Positions 1 through 13,384 are shown, numbered from the whole stretch's first letter. The stretch: 63,826 nucleotides of DNA, filler included, from Octopus bimaculoides (GCF_001194135.2; 5 parts of 5 records of this genome joined end to end with filler, not necessarily neighbours in it); one strand, 5' to 3'. A program made the numbers and translations. Notes: generated from the letters alone by a model not told the origin.

Positions 1-595
1 TATACATATATATACACACACATATATGTATATGTAGTCGATATATTTATTACTCATTATATATGTATTATGTATATATATGTATGTATGTATATACATA
101 CATGTATGTATAAATATGCATAGATATAAATGTAAATATGTGTGTGTGTATGAGTGAGTGTACATATTTATAAGTAATTCGAGGTGTGCATTTGTTTACA
201 TAAATACGTGTCAGTAACCATATGTAATATACATTATAAAGTTTATCCGAGTTTCTTATGACTGTGCAGAATACATATGCACGCGTACAACTGCTGATGT
301 ATATAGAACCGTATAGGTATATGGATCTCTATAGACATGTGCATATGTGATCACAGAAATATAATATACGAAATATACGTTCATATGTGTGTGTGTGTGT
401 GTGTGCATGTATATGCGTGTGCACATCTGAGTGTATGCGTGTGGGGGCGGGAGGAAACGTGTGCATGTACGTACGCAGACGTACATACATATAATTAAAA
501 CTTTCCTTCGCAACCTTGAAATATCTGGTTCGAGTTCATTACGTGGTGTCTTTTGCAAGTGCTAATACCATACATTCGGACCGAATGTATGGGTA

Positions 596-658
596 GATGT
601 AGAGTAGGGCTCTTTGATGTAGAGTAGGGCCCTTTGATGTAGAGTAGGGCTCTTTGAT
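596..658. repeat. 20-bp tandem repeat x3
   Basis: GATGTAGAGTAGGGC(T/C)CTTT three times in tandem with no spacers. Confidence 0.95.
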
Positions 659-1088
659 TACTATTTTATTCTGCTGGACCCCTAGAGCCATCTGATGTTT
701 AAAAATTAGTTTTATGAAAACTTCTTTAAAAATTCCTATTTCGTTTTTCACACATTAACCTGTGTAGATTGAACTATGTAAAACGTTAATGAAACATGGC
801 TGTTTCTTGCAATACATACCAATACATACATCTAAAGCAACATCTTTTCAGGGGCCCTTAAAATACTATTGTGGGTTGCCAATTTACTATTTTGTTGCAT
901 GAATCCCTCTACCTATCCACCAAATCTTATATGGACTCTCAGGGGCCGACCCCGGTTTAGAACCACCAATGTAGAACGTGAGAAAAGCCTGTTTGACGGT
1001 TTGTGTCTGTAATTCAGAGATTCAGTCGGGTCGCACTGTGTCGCGTGGAATCTGACTGAGAGTTATATTCAAGGTAGAAGAATATGTA

Positions 1089-1221
<133 letters not shown>

Positions 1222-1799
1222 TTATATATAAGGTTGAGGAGGGTATTGGATTTAACCAAACCCAAGAGGATACAGGTAATACCGAGTAAGTGCTGTATAC
1301 CGACTAGTTTGCCCCAGTCGTTGTATGAACAGGATTGGGGATTATAAGTCGTGTATTAGCGTGTGTATATGTAAATATATAAACATAAAAAGATAAAGAG
1401 AGCAATGGTAAGGTTGGAGAAGTATTTTATGGATAGAGTCTTACAGCTATACATATACACACACATACATATATGTATACATATGTATGTGTATATGTAT
1501 GCATGTGTGTGTATATATATATGTATATATATATGTACATATATACACACACACATAGATACATACATACATATCTATATGTGTGTACATATACATATGT
1601 GTGTATAACATTCGTCAACCTGGCTATACAATCACACGCAAGCATCAAACCGTGTGCGTGTATATATCCACCCATTCAGCCATACGCGCGCGCACAAGCA
1701 CAGAGACAGACACACACGCACACACACACACATACTAACAATTTTCACGCTCTCCTGTCCCAGAAAGCACTTTCTCTTCATTCCTTCTACTTCCGGTAA

Positions 1800-1990
1800 C
1801 TTCAGAAATGTAACCGCACGTGATTACTGGCGACTTTTCTTCTTCCGTTTGCTACTTTCCTGTTTTTCCTGTTTCCAAAGAAGAGCTATGCCTGAAAAAT
1901 AAAACTACTACTTTTTCCTTTCTCTGAGCGTCTTATCAATACATTGCTCGTGCTTCGTCCACACGCTTGATTTGTTTCTTTCTCTCTGTG
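1800..1990 (+). mobile_element. Degenerate short repeat with eroded hammerhead-like motif (same family as 58310-58490)
   Basis: GTTT-CCAAAGA-A-GAGC-TAT-GCCT-GAAAAATAAAAC at ~1871-1905. Shares upstream (ta..cgcacgtg) and downstream (gagcgtc...cgtcc.cacg) motifs with 58310-58490. Confidence 0.4.
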
Positions 1991-2098
1991 TTTTTTTTTA
2001 ATTGAGAATATATGCATATACATGCATACATATATATGTATGTATGTATTTATCTATGTATGTATGCATGCATGCATACATACATGTATGTATGTGTG

Positions 2099-2133
<35 letters not shown>

Positions 2134-2760
2134 NNNNNNNNNNCACACACATATATATGTGTATGTATATATATATGTGTGTATATATATATGTGTATAT
2201 ACACACACTTTATATAAATACTCGAACACATATCACACCATGTGTGTGCATTGTATACATGCGCACACACACATATATCCACATATATAAATACAAGCGT
2301 ACGTACGTTTGTGCATTAAACCTACATGTCTACATGCATTCACAAACAGGTGCCGTTTGCTTTAAATATTCACTCCACTGTAATGTAACCCAGCGTCCTC
2401 TCAGACTGCATGACCTCCTCTTCGATGCCTTTATATAGTTGCTGGTTGTTCCAAGACTGGCGAATAAAATTGGGTTAACTGAATTTATTAAAGTCCATTA
2501 GATAGATTACCTGTATTTCAAAGGCCCAGTTTCGTCACAAATTGTGTCACTTTGGCTTTGTCTTGAGGTCTACCTTCAATTAATAAGTGTCTGTTGATTA
2601 TTCGCTGTTTTATAATTAAATGAAATCGTAACTGCATTTGTTTGCACACTCGTATATACACCCTTGTGTAACTCCGTTGCATTATCCGCCTATATTTTCA
2701 TATATACTATCAACACAATGAATTCAGATATGTGTGTATGTGTGTGTGTCTGTGTGTGTG

Positions 2761-2910
2761 CGTAGCAGTGTGGTAAGAAACCTTCTTCCAACCACATGCT
2801 ATCCGGTTCTATCCCATTGCGTCGGCAAGCGTCTTCTACTATAACCTCGGGCCGACAAAAATCCCTGTGAGTGGATTAGGTAGGCAGAAACTGAAAGAAG
2901 CCCGTCGTAT
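2761..2910 (+). mobile_element. tRNA-derived SINE, family B (head + body)
   Basis: gtgtggtaag...ccaaccacatg...ggttc...ggcaagcgtcttctactataacctcgggccgac...gaaactgaaagaagcccgtcgtata; matches the copy at 13397-13565. Confidence 0.85.
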
Positions 2911-3805
2911 ATACATATATGTATATATCGATGTGTGTAAGGGTCTTTGTGACTGTGTGCCACACCGCCAGGCATGGCTAAGCCACAAATCACTTGATAC
3001 CCGGGAATGCAGACCAAACCAGAAACATCCGTTTTTTAAAGACTCATCATGGACTACTTATGACTTTGGTACTCGCTGTGTAAGATAAAGGCATAAGAAT
3101 TCTTACAGAAACTGTAAACAAATTTTGCTAGAGAGTTGACTGTCAGACTTAAGTAATTAGAGTAGCAATGCACTGTATCTTAATGTGAACGACAGGAAGA
3201 CTAAATGCATGTTAAATATATGTCATGCCGAACGTATATTTATTCATTCGTATACCACACCCTGTGAATTGGATGAAAGACGTAAGCGATCACTGATGTG
3301 TCTTTAATGAGTGACGAAACTTAACTATCTAAATATCATTTCAAGAAGGCAAAAACACTGTTGTTGAATAACCATGTTTATCATGATTTTGAAAAAAAAT
3401 TGAAATGGGGAGGAGGAGGAAAAATTCTTGTCTCCATTTTTCTATCCGTAAATTTTCAGATATGATTTTTCTTGAAATTAGTTCGGGTTTATGTTACAGG
3501 TAATTTTGAAGTATTATAACATCAAATGTCTAAAACATAAACCTGAAAAACCTTTTCAACATGAAGCCAAAACATAATCATCATGGTAATAGACCCGAGC
3601 TTAAAAGATGTATGGGCAGAAAGGAAATGTACAGTGTCTAAAACAAATGGATCCAAAGAAATTTATGTTTGGCAAACTTGATATTTTCCAGGGGAAAAGT
3701 CAAACATATAAAGCAAACCCACGAGCGTTGTTTTTTCCTGGCTCCCTTGTATCTATTCTTATTTCCTTCTCTCTCTCCCTAGTTTGTTCTTGAAATTCCC
3801 TATAC

Positions 3806-3838
3806 TATCCGATGAAGGGCTACGTCCGAAACGTTATA
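3806..3838 (+). ncRNA. Minimal type-I hammerhead ribozyme-like motif (PLE-type)
   Basis: UAU-CCGAUGA-A-GGGC-UAC-GUCC-GAAACGUU-AUA: core with U4C, 4-bp stem II, palindromic AACGUU stem III, 3-bp stem I. Confidence 0.5.
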
Positions 3839-4039
3839 CGTTCTCTCTACAAATTTACTTTATAAACTTTCTCTAATAATATCAACTTGCATTTTTGTTG
3901 CTGTTATATTTTACACACATACACACACACATACACACAAGCGCGCGTATATATGCACACACACATATATATATATGCATATATACATGCATACATAGAA
4001 ACATGATATATAAATATATATATACATACACACACACGC

Positions 4040-4087
<48 letters not shown>

Positions 4088-4240
4088 NNNNNNNNNNNNN
4101 NNNNNNNNNNNNNNNNNNNNNNNNNNNNNNNNNNNNNNNNNNNNNNNNNNNNNNNNNNNNNNNNNNNNNNNNNNNNNNNNNNNNNNNNNNNNNNNNNNNN
4201 NNNNNNNNNNNNNNNNNNNNNNNNNNNNNNNNNNNNNNNN

Positions 4241-4287
<47 letters not shown>

Positions 4288-4501
4288 CATATACATACAC
4301 ATATTTATACATACATGTGTATATATACACTCACACAGGTTAACCTAACTAAAGTTTTGGAGAGTCTATAATTTTTAATCAATAGAAAATAACAAAGCCT
4401 CCTATTTAGGACCAATTCATGAATAAAGGATATATGTGTGTATGTATGTATGTATGTATGTATGTATGTATATATGCAAATATGTATGTATATATTTATA
4501 C

Positions 4502-4567
<66 letters not shown>

Positions 4568-4648
4568 ATAATTCAGGGATGAAAGGAGAAGGTGGGTAGG
4601 GGTGAAGAGAGGAAGTAGGCGTGAGAAGAAGAGAAGAGAGGAGGGGAG

Positions 4649-5560
4649 TTAGATGAAGAGGGTAGGGGAGTTGAGCCCATGTGGCGCAAAGGATCGAAGA
4701 GAGAAAATTAATTCTTGTTCACGGCGAAGGGGTTAGTCCAGATAGCCCTGTGCAAAGACAATCAAAATACAGACACAAAACACAGACAGTTGTTGCAATG
4801 ACCGGTAGAGCTGAAATAGCGCGAGACTGGGGTGTCGTTGCCGAGTTTAATGTCTCGGAGGTGCTCCGCGAACCGGTCAGTCAAGCGGTGTCCCGTTTGT
4901 CCGATGTGCAGATAAGGACAGAGAGAGCAGGAGATGCAGTAAATGACGTTGCTAGAAGTGCATGTAAATGAGTCAATGATATGATAGAAACAATGATGTG
5001 TGACTGTGAGGATGGTGCTGTTGGGGAGGTAGGGTTATGTGCGGCAGCGGAGGTGGGAGCAGGGGAACGAGCCAGGTTGAGAGGTGGGGTTAGGGAAGAA
5101 ACTGTGGGCCAGGAGGTCACGGAAGTTGTGGGCTCGTTTGAAGGAGGGGAGAGGTAGGTTGGGGAAGATATGCGAAGTGGAGGGGTCGACTGGAGTCGCG
5201 GGAATGCTCGGAGAATGGTGCGTTGGAAATCAAGGTGGAGGGGTGGTAGGTAAGGGGAAACGTAACGGCTGGGTAACGGGTAACGCGAAACGAGGGGAAA
5301 CGGGTAAGGGGAAACGCGGGGAAACGGGTAACGAGGGAGCGCGAGACGGGAGAGAGAGCAGATGCACAGTCCACGGAACGTGCTCTGGCAAGTGCGGTGT
5401 GGATAGTGGTGAGAGGATATCCACGAAGGATGAAGTGGCGAGCCATGAGTCGAGACTGAGTCTCAAAGTCATAGTTGTCACTGCAGAGTCTGCGCAAACG
5501 GAGGAATTGGGAGTATGGGTTGGAGAGCTTTGTGTGCGTAGGGTGGGAGGAGAAGAAACT
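4649..5560 (-). pseudogene. Penelope-like retroelement (Neptune-type) 3' fragment: RT thumb, Cys linker and GIY-YIG endonuclease, with frameshifts and a stop
   Basis: Minus-strand translation: SSHPTHTKLSNPYSQFLRLRRLCSD...MARHFILRGYP (PLE RT thumb); FPNLPLPSFKRAHNFRDLLAHS; PGSFPCSHLRCRT*PYL; FTCTSSNVIYCISCSLCPYLHIGQTGHRLTDRFAEHLRDI...PVSRYFSSTGH (GIY-YIG); RREQELIFSLRSFAPHGLNSPTLFI* (stop 4649-4651). Confidence 0.9.
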
Positions 5561-6399
5561 CTCTGATAATCTCATTGTGTTAACTTGCCCTAATTTTAGG
5601 GACTTGTTATATAAAATTATTAATATAAAAGAGTTGCTTGTATTCCTTAAATTAGTAATTACCAAAATTTACTAATACTTCTTTAAAATGCCTCGCGACC
5701 GAGGGTGCCTTTAGCAGAATCATCTCAGCTTGTTGCGTAAGTACAGCTCCATCACTATCCAATTTCTATGAAAACATTGTTCCGTAGACGCTAGTGCTGT
5801 CCCACAGAAAATATTGTCTCCACGAAAAATCGCGCTGTTGAGAGTTATCACTAAACGGGGATGTACAAAACTGGGTATAAATGTGTTCGTTTTTATTTGT
5901 ATGCGTGTGTGCGCTAGATTCGTATGTGTATATATGTACATCTATCCAAGCACTCACAGACATATATGTAAACACACACACATGTGCATAGAAACATGCA
6001 CAAACGCATTTATATATTGGTCTAAGTCCAGTGATGTTATATAAAAACATCCAAGCAGGTATTTTGGAAATGTCACTGAAACAGAAAACAAAGAAGACAA
6101 AATGCAAGGTAAAAAGAGACAGAAAGAAAGAAAGTAAAGAAAGAGAAACAATAACGATAAGGCGGAAGTGAATGAAACGATGAATGGAATGAAGGAAAGA
6201 AGTAAAAACTGAGGAGATAAAACGATGACGTGAAATTCCTTCCCATTTCGCTGTTTTCGCTGTTTTCCATCAAAAGAACTGAAACACTTTGTATGTCTTT
6301 GATTAAAATCCGGCCGAGGATAGATGGAATTTTTGCACGATCCACAAAGGGAAAGCGGCGACCTTTAGAGGGCTGTTGAGGAGTATTGACATATGAGGG

Positions 6400-7070
6400 G
6401 CAAGAGAGACAGAAAGAGATAGAGACAGAGAGAGGAAGAGACAGAGAGAGAGACAGAGACAGAGAGAGGAAGAGAGGATGAGAGAGAGAGAAGGAAGAGA
6501 GGGAGAGAAATGAAGAGAGAAAGGGAGTGGAAGAGAGGAAGAGACAGAGGAAGAGAGAGAGAGAAGAGAGAGAGGAAGAGAGAGAGAGGAAGAGAGAGAG
6601 GAAGAGAGAGAGAGGAAGAGAAAGAGAGAGAAGAAGAGAGAGAGGAAGAGAGAGAGGAAGAGAGAGAGAGAGGAAGAGAGAGAGAGGAAGAGAGAGAGAG
6701 AGAGAGAGGNNNNNNNNNNNNNNNNNNNNNNNNNNNNNNNNNNNNNNNNNNNNNNNNNNNNNNNNNNNNNNNNNNNNNNNNNNNNNNNNNNNNNNNNNNN
6801 NNNNNNNNNNNNNNNNNNNNNNNNNNNNNNNNNNNNNNNNNNNNNNNNNNNNNNNNNNNNNNNNNNNNNNNNNNNNNNNNNNNNNNNNNNNNNNNNNNNN
6901 NNNNNNNNNNNNNNNNNNNNNNNNNNNAGAGAGAGAGAGAGGAAGAGAGAGAGAGAAGAAGAGAGAGAGAGAAGAAGAGAGAGAGGAAGAGAGAGAGAGA
7001 GGAAGAGAGAGAGAGAGGAAGAGAGAGAGAGAGGAAGAGAGAGAGAGGAAGAGAGAGAGAGAGAGAGAGG
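6400..7070. repeat. Polypurine (GA)n/GAGGAAGA tract containing a gap
   Basis: Read directly; source of the spurious ER-rich and LS-rich ORFs. Confidence 0.95.
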
Positions 7071-7487
7071 GAGCAAAAATGAGGGAAAAGTATTGTGGAG
7101 AGAAAGGGTGAGGATGGGAAAAGAAAACGAAAAAGACTGTGAGAAAGAAAGCCAGAGGAAATATAAATGGTGATGGTGGGAGCGAATAAAATGTGTATGA
7201 CGTAAAGACAAGAACAAGGAGGAGTAATATGGAAAGAGACAGATTAAGAGATAAACTAGAGAGAATGGGAGAGGAGTATAGGTGAACGTTTGTGTAGGTG
7301 TGTGTGTGTGTGTGCGTGTTTACATATGTCTGCCTTTGCGTGATGTACACGTGTGTTTATGTCAGAGTAATATTTTCTTTGAGTGAGCGTTTGTGAATGT
7401 GAAGTGTAATATATACAGAGCTTCATAAAAAGAAGTGTATGCAGAGGATATACAAGACGTAATTCTATTTAGACATGGTCTAAATTC

Positions 7488-7527
<40 letters not shown>

Positions 7528-8492
7528 ATATATATATATATATATANNNNNNNNNNNNNNNNNNNNNNNNNNNNNNNNNNNNNNNNNNNNNNNNNNNNNN
7601 NNNNNNNNNNNNNNNNNNNNNNNNNNNNNNNNNNNNNNNNNNNNNNNNNNNNNNNNNNNNNNNNNNNNNNNNNNNNNNNNNNNNNNNNNNNNNNNNNNNN
7701 NNNNNNNNNNNNNNNNNNNNNNNNNNNNNNNNNNNNNNNNNNNNNNNNNNNNNNNNNNNNNNNNNNNNNNNNNNNNNNNNNNNNNNNNNNNNNNNNNNNN
7801 NNNNNNNNNNNNNNNNNNNNNNNNNNNNNNNNNNNNNNNNNNNNNNNNNNNNNNNNNNNNNNNNNNNNNNNNNNNNNNNNNNNNNNNNNNNNNNNNNNNN
7901 NNNNNNNNNNNNNNNNNNNNNNNNNNNNNNNNNNNNNNNNNNNNNNNNNNNNNNNNNNNNNNNNNNNNNNNNNNNNNNNNNNNNNNNNNNNNNNNNNNNN
8001 NNNNNNNNNNNNNNNNNNNNNNNNNNNNNNNNNNNNNNNNNNNNNNNNNNNNNNNNNNNNNNNNNNNNNNNNNNNNNNNNNNNNNNNNNNNNNNNNNNNN
8101 NNNNNNNNNNNNNNNNNNNNNNNNNNNNNNNNNNNNNNNNNNNNNNNNNNNNNNNNNNNNNNNNNNNNNNNNNNNNNNNNNNNNNNNNNNNNNNNNNNNN
8201 NNNNNNNNNNNNNNNNNNNNNNNNNNNNNNNNNNNNNNNNNNAAGCGGGAATACTTCCGGGTTGCTTCTGGGTACCCATGTGGAGACAGGAATAAAAATT
8301 CAACATTGACTATATTCCGTGTATATATTTGATAAATAAATTCAGAAAGGGATAAAACTCTTTTACAAGAATTTTATCAAGAAGCGAGTGTGTAAAAAAA
8401 TTCATAAGGGAAATTTCTATTCCCAAGAATATAATTATTCGTTTATATTTATATAAAGGGCATTATTACAGAAAATAATAACGCCACACAGT

Positions 8493-8538
<46 letters not shown>

Positions 8539-8547
8539 GTGATCTTT

Positions 8548-8680
8548 TATCTTTTAGCTTTTACTTGTTTCAGTCATTAGACTGCGACTATGCTGGCGCA
8601 CCGCGTTGAAGAGCATATTCTATCGACCTATTTTGCTAAACCGCTAAGTTGCAGTGACGTAAACACTCCAAAACTGTCAT
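8548..8680 (-). mobile_element. 3' tail fragment of family-B SINE
   Basis: cttttacttgtttcagtcattagactgcgactatgctgg...ccgctaagtt is the reverse complement of the tail at 13595-13791. Confidence 0.75.
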
Positions 8681-8774
8681 CTGTGTGTGTGTGTATATAT
8701 ATATATATATACAAACAATATATGAGCATATGCATGTACACACCCAAAAGACCTCAACATTAGCTTCAAAATTT

Positions 8775-9090
8775 AGCCAAGGCTAGGACCACGGACCATA
8801 CGTCCCCTACCCAATTTAGGATCGGAACGCATAAATACACTGCAACACAATTTCTTTTCCTCAACAAGCCCTGCTCTATCCAACATTGTCCCGAAACAGA
8901 TCAAAGAAGAAAAGGATCCCATCACCTTTATACGGAATCTGGACAAATTTCCTGGATGCAACTCATTCAACAAGAACTTCCTACTCGAATGGCCCATGAT
9001 ACCACAAAACTTGATTTAAAAAGGATTTAGCAAATCCTATCAGGCGGTGGTATTAAGTTAAATATGGCCTGGACCAGTCTTTGGTCGAGA
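8775..9090 (+). mobile_element. CR1/L2-like LINE 3' end remnant (ORF2 C-terminus + 3' UTR)
   Basis: Plus frame: PRLGPRTIRPLP...INTLQHNFFSSTSPALSNIVPKQIKEEKDPITFIRNLDKF...NSFNKNFLLEW. Resembles the FN.LP..IK....FK..LDKF C-terminus of CR1-group RTs. Confidence 0.65.
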
Positions 9091-9120
9091 TATATCTAAG
9101 TTTTATATATATATATATAT

Positions 9121-9240
9121 ACGATGGGCTTTCTGCAGCCTCGGTCCATCAAATCCACAAGGTCTTGATCGGCCTGAGGCTACAGTAGAAGACACCCGTC
9201 CAAGGCGCAACGGAGTGGGACTGACAGAGAAGCAAACTTC
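9121..9240 (-). mobile_element. Family-B SINE, partial
   Basis: aaatccacaaggtcttgatcggcctgaggctacagtagaagacac..ccaagg is the reverse complement of the B body. Confidence 0.75.
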
Positions 9241-9241
9241 T

Positions 9242-9311
<70 letters not shown>

Positions 9312-10191
9312 GTTTGACCAAAAGTCACCTGACAGTAAATCAACACTAATTTATTCCAAGATATATTTATATTTAACAACTGAATGAATTTAATAAAAGT
9401 ATCTAAATATGAAACAACATCAAAATAGTTCATATTGAAGTCCTTCTTCAGCGACACATTTTTCCATTCGAGTCGATACAGAATTACAGATAGCATTTAT
9501 GGAATTTTGATTTACTGTCGTGTGACTTTTGGCCAGAACTGAATATTTGCAATACATACAACAACCAGAGGACACAACACGCATATAAAGTATTTGGCGG
9601 TTGCAATGGATTTGTACTGACTCAGAAGTTTAGAGTTTATGTATATATGGTGAACTGCTGTAGCAGAGTGCTGTCATTATGAGAAAGGCCTGGAGATAGC
9701 TTGCTTGTGTGCAGTGTCGCGGTGTGCTTGGAGATTCGTAGTAAGGACATTATTTCCGATTAACTGTTGCTGTTCTTGTGGTTGTTAATGATGATTCGTC
9801 TTGGCAAACCCTGACAACAACACTATTTACAGCATTATGATATATTACATAACGTTCTCCTAGTATGAGGTATGAAAAATAAATAAATGAAAGAGGAGCC
9901 GGTCGCAGCTGGAAAGGAATTGATCATAAATGTCACTATATTTTTTTCTCGTATTACCTTTCAAGAGGAATGTTAGATTAAATGGTATCTTAGTGTTATG
10001 GATGTTCTTCTTGTTGTTGTTTAATTCTCGGCCACATCTAATAAAGCAGACTTATGATTAAAAATTAAAGATGCTACAACCCCGTGACCATTCCGTATAA
10101 TTAGACATAATCCATCTGCAATTATAATATTCATATGTGATTCTCTTAAAAAATTAAAAAAAAACTATGGCAGGGTATAATTTCATTTTAA

Positions 10192-10397
10192 ATTTTGGCA
10201 CAAGACCAGCATTTTCGGGGAAGGGGTAAGTCGATTACATCGACATCAGTGTTCAACTGGTACTCATTTTATCGACCCTGAAAGGATGAAAGCGAAATCG
10301 ACACTGGTAACATTTGAACTCCCAACGTAAAGACGGACGAAATGCTGCTAAACATTTTTTTTCCGGCGGGCTGACGATTTTGCCAGCTTACAGCCTT
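10192..10397 (-). mobile_element. tRNA-derived SINE, family A
   Basis: ttatcgaccctgaaaggatgaaag...atttgaactc..acgtaaagacggacgaaatgc; flanked by cagggtataatt / cagagtataatt (possible TSD). Confidence 0.85.
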
Positions 10398-10704
10398 ACG
10401 ACAGAGTATAATTCGAGAGATTATTTAGTTGATATATATTGCAGGTTGCGCGATTATGTGGAGGCATACTCATTCTCAGTGATAGTAAATGTTGAGTATG
10501 CTAGAGTTTGTTTATAATAAATGTGAATAAAAAGTAATGTCTTTAATGAGAGATAAAACTAATTAGTTAGATCATTAATTCAAGCTCTCGAATTCCCTTT
10601 GGTTTATCCATTAGGTTTATTTTCATTGAAGTGTAGGAGTATATTTGTACGAAATATATTTCATCAGGACAAGAATATAATTTAATAACATCATCGTTAC
10701 AAAA

Positions 10705-10970
10705 GTGATATCACTGTAAAAACTTTATCTTTAGAGATGTGATAGCATTTAATGTATATTTTTTTATCTTTATCTTTACAAGAATGATATTGCAAAGCCT
10801 TTATTATGATAATACCTTATTTACAATGATGACATCATTGAAAAACTTTATCTTTACACTGATATCATAGTAACCACATTATTTTCGAAGGACGATATCA
10901 CTTTAAAGTGTATTTTTCTCTTAACAGTCATTTCATTGTAAAAACATTATCTTCATAAAGATGATACTGT
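10705..10970. repeat. Degenerate minisatellite
   Basis: Recurrent gatatcactgtaaaaactttatcttt-like units at roughly 50-bp spacing. Confidence 0.55.
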
Positions 10971-11010
10971 TCGACATAGCTGCAATTTTTTTTCTGAAAT
11001 ATTGATTTCA

Positions 11011-11219
11011 CATTTTGGCACAAGGCCAGCAATTTCTCGGAGAGAGAGTTAATTGATTACATTGATCCCCACTGTTCAACTCGTACTTATCTTATCGACC
11101 CCGAACGGATGAAAGGCAATGTTGACTTCGGTGGAATTTGAACTCAGAATGTAAAGACGGACGAAATGCTGCTAAGCATTTTGCCCGGCGTGCTAACGAT
11201 TCTGCTAGCTCGTCGCCTT
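11011..11219 (-). mobile_element. tRNA-derived SINE, family A
   Basis: ttatcgaccccgaacggatgaaaggcaatgttgac...gaactcagaatg...gctaagcattttgcccggcgtgctaacg; tgaaatattg on both flanks. Confidence 0.9.
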
Positions 11220-11534
11220 AATTTCCCTATGAAATATTGCGATTCTGTGCATCCCTGTGCATCTGTGAGTCTTTGTTTGTAACTGAGATGGTGTTTAATC
11301 CCAAATCAGCTGTGATTAAGACATTCCATCCGCGACAACCCAACTTTAATTGTGTCATAGTATAACTTCGATTCCTATTTTTCTTGGTTACGAACACAAC
11401 AGAATATTCTTGTAGCTATAGTCCTTATTTTGCATTTTCTACTCCCGGCTAGATTAGCTATTAGTTTTATCCTGCGCAGTAGTGACCCCATGAGGGCCCT
11501 GCGAGCTCAGGACAGGACGGCAAATTCAAGACAT

Positions 11535-11780
11535 GGTGGTATTGATAGTGGTGGCGGTATTCGCGGTAGTAATTTGATTTTTGTTGCTGTTGGCGGTGTT
11601 GGTAGTGATGGTGGTGGTGATGATGGTGACGACGGCGGTGATGGTGGGGTACGATTTAGTGGGGGTAGTAGTTGTAGCAGTAGTGGTGGTTGTGGTAGTG
11701 GTGATGATGGCGGTGATGGTATTGGTAGTAGTTGTAGCAGTAGTGGTCGTTGTGTTGGTGGTGGTGGCGGTGGTAGTGAG
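11535..11780. repeat. (GGT/GAT/AGT)n trinucleotide low-complexity tract
   Basis: Read directly; a complementary-type (CTA/CCA) tract lies at 12250-12620. Confidence 0.85.
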
Positions 11781-11797
11781 ATTTAATATTTGTTTCG

Positions 11798-12030
11798 TAT
11801 TTCTTTATTACCCACAAGGGGCTAAACATAGAGGGGACAAACAAGGACAGACAAAGGGGTTAAGTCGATTATATCGTCCCCAGTGCGTAACTGGTACTTA
11901 TTTAATCGACCCCGAAGGGATGAAAGGCAAAGTCGACCACGGCGGAATTTGAACTCAGAACGTAGTGGCAGACGAAATACCGCTAAGCATTTCGCCCGCC
12001 TTGCTAACGTTTCTGCCAGCTCGCCGCCTT
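11798..12030 (-). mobile_element. tRNA-derived SINE, family A, full length, CpG-rich
   Basis: Complete from the tatttctttatt tail to the gctcgccgcctt head; B-box-like gagttcaaattcc on the minus strand. Confidence 0.92.
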
Positions 12031-12799
12031 TAATATTTCTTTCTGCCATTTCTTTCTTCTCACTTATACCTAACCGTATGTACACCACCTCCCTCACGAT
12101 CTATAACCCCTATTATTCTATTCATCTGCTTCCTGTTTTTGTTGTTGTAGGGGAGAGAGGGATTCTTCTTTTTCATTATCTTCGTTTTTTCCTCGTCATG
12201 GTTCCCCGCTCCTATTCCGCCTCATGCTCCCTCCTCCTCCTCCTCTTGATCTTCCTTAGCAACTATGGTAGCAACAGCTACTACTACACACTAGTACCAC
12301 CACAACCACTACCACTACCACCACCGTCACCACTACTTTCACTAATACTATTAATACAATAACAACAACTACTACTACTACTGCTACTTCTACTATTACT
12401 ANNNNNNNNNNCACAACCACCACCGCTGCCACCACCACCACAACCACCACCGCCACTACTAGTAATACAACAGCAGCTACTACTACTTCTAAGAGTAACT
12501 CTATGATTACTACAACTACTACCACTTCTATGACTACTACTAATACTACATCCACCGCTGCTGCCACCACCACCACCACCACCAATGACAACAACAACAC
12601 GACCACCTCCACAACTCAACGTCCTCTTCTGCCTTTGTTTAACCCTACCACTCTTCCCACTACCTCTTGTGTTTTGTTGTCTCCGTGTACACAGGTACAC
12701 CAACACATCACACGCTGCCGGTCCCTTTGATCTCTGACAATACCTCCCAATTTATTTACCTCTTCTTTTCTCTGTCTATACATACACACGCACACACAA

Positions 12800-12831
<32 letters not shown>

Positions 12832-12867
12832 TACCTACACACACGCAGATTCTCTCGATTTGACATG

Positions 12868-12924
<57 letters not shown>

Positions 12925-13108
12925 TGTGTATTTCCCCTTGCGTGTGAGTATGCGGCCATTTGTGTGCTTTATGTGTGTAGCGTGTGCGTGTGCGTGAGTG
13001 TGCGTGCGTGTGTGTGTATGTGTGTGTGTGTGTATGTGAGCGCATGCAAGCAAGAGTATATGTATTTGAATGTCCTTCTTTTTATATGTGCATATGCATG
13101 TGTAAGTT

Positions 13109-13353
13109 TACTCTTTTATTTGTTTCAGTGATTTGACTGCAGCCATGATTGAGAACCACCTTCAGCCGAACAAATCGACTCCAGGACTTATTCGTTGTAA
13201 GCCTAGTACTTATTCTACCGGCTTCTTTTTGCCGAACCGCTAAGTTACCTAGGTTACGGAGACGTAAACAAACCAGCATCGGTTGTCAAGCGATTGGGCG
13301 GGCGGAGAAACACAGTTACACAGACATACTAACACATATATATACATACATAC

Positions 13354-13384
<31 letters not shown>

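Noticed and set aside
596-658. CRISPR-like arrays (also 52789-52864, 38951-39058)
   Set aside because: Contiguous tandem units with no unique spacers, no cas genes, and a eukaryotic context.
4681-5566. Plus-strand ORFs 4681-4971 and 5084-5566
   Set aside because: Antisense to the Penelope-like pseudogene, whose motifs are on the minus strand.
8487-8493. CACAGTG heptamer as an RSS/Transib end
   Set aside because: No nonamer at 12/23 spacing and no partner inverted end found.
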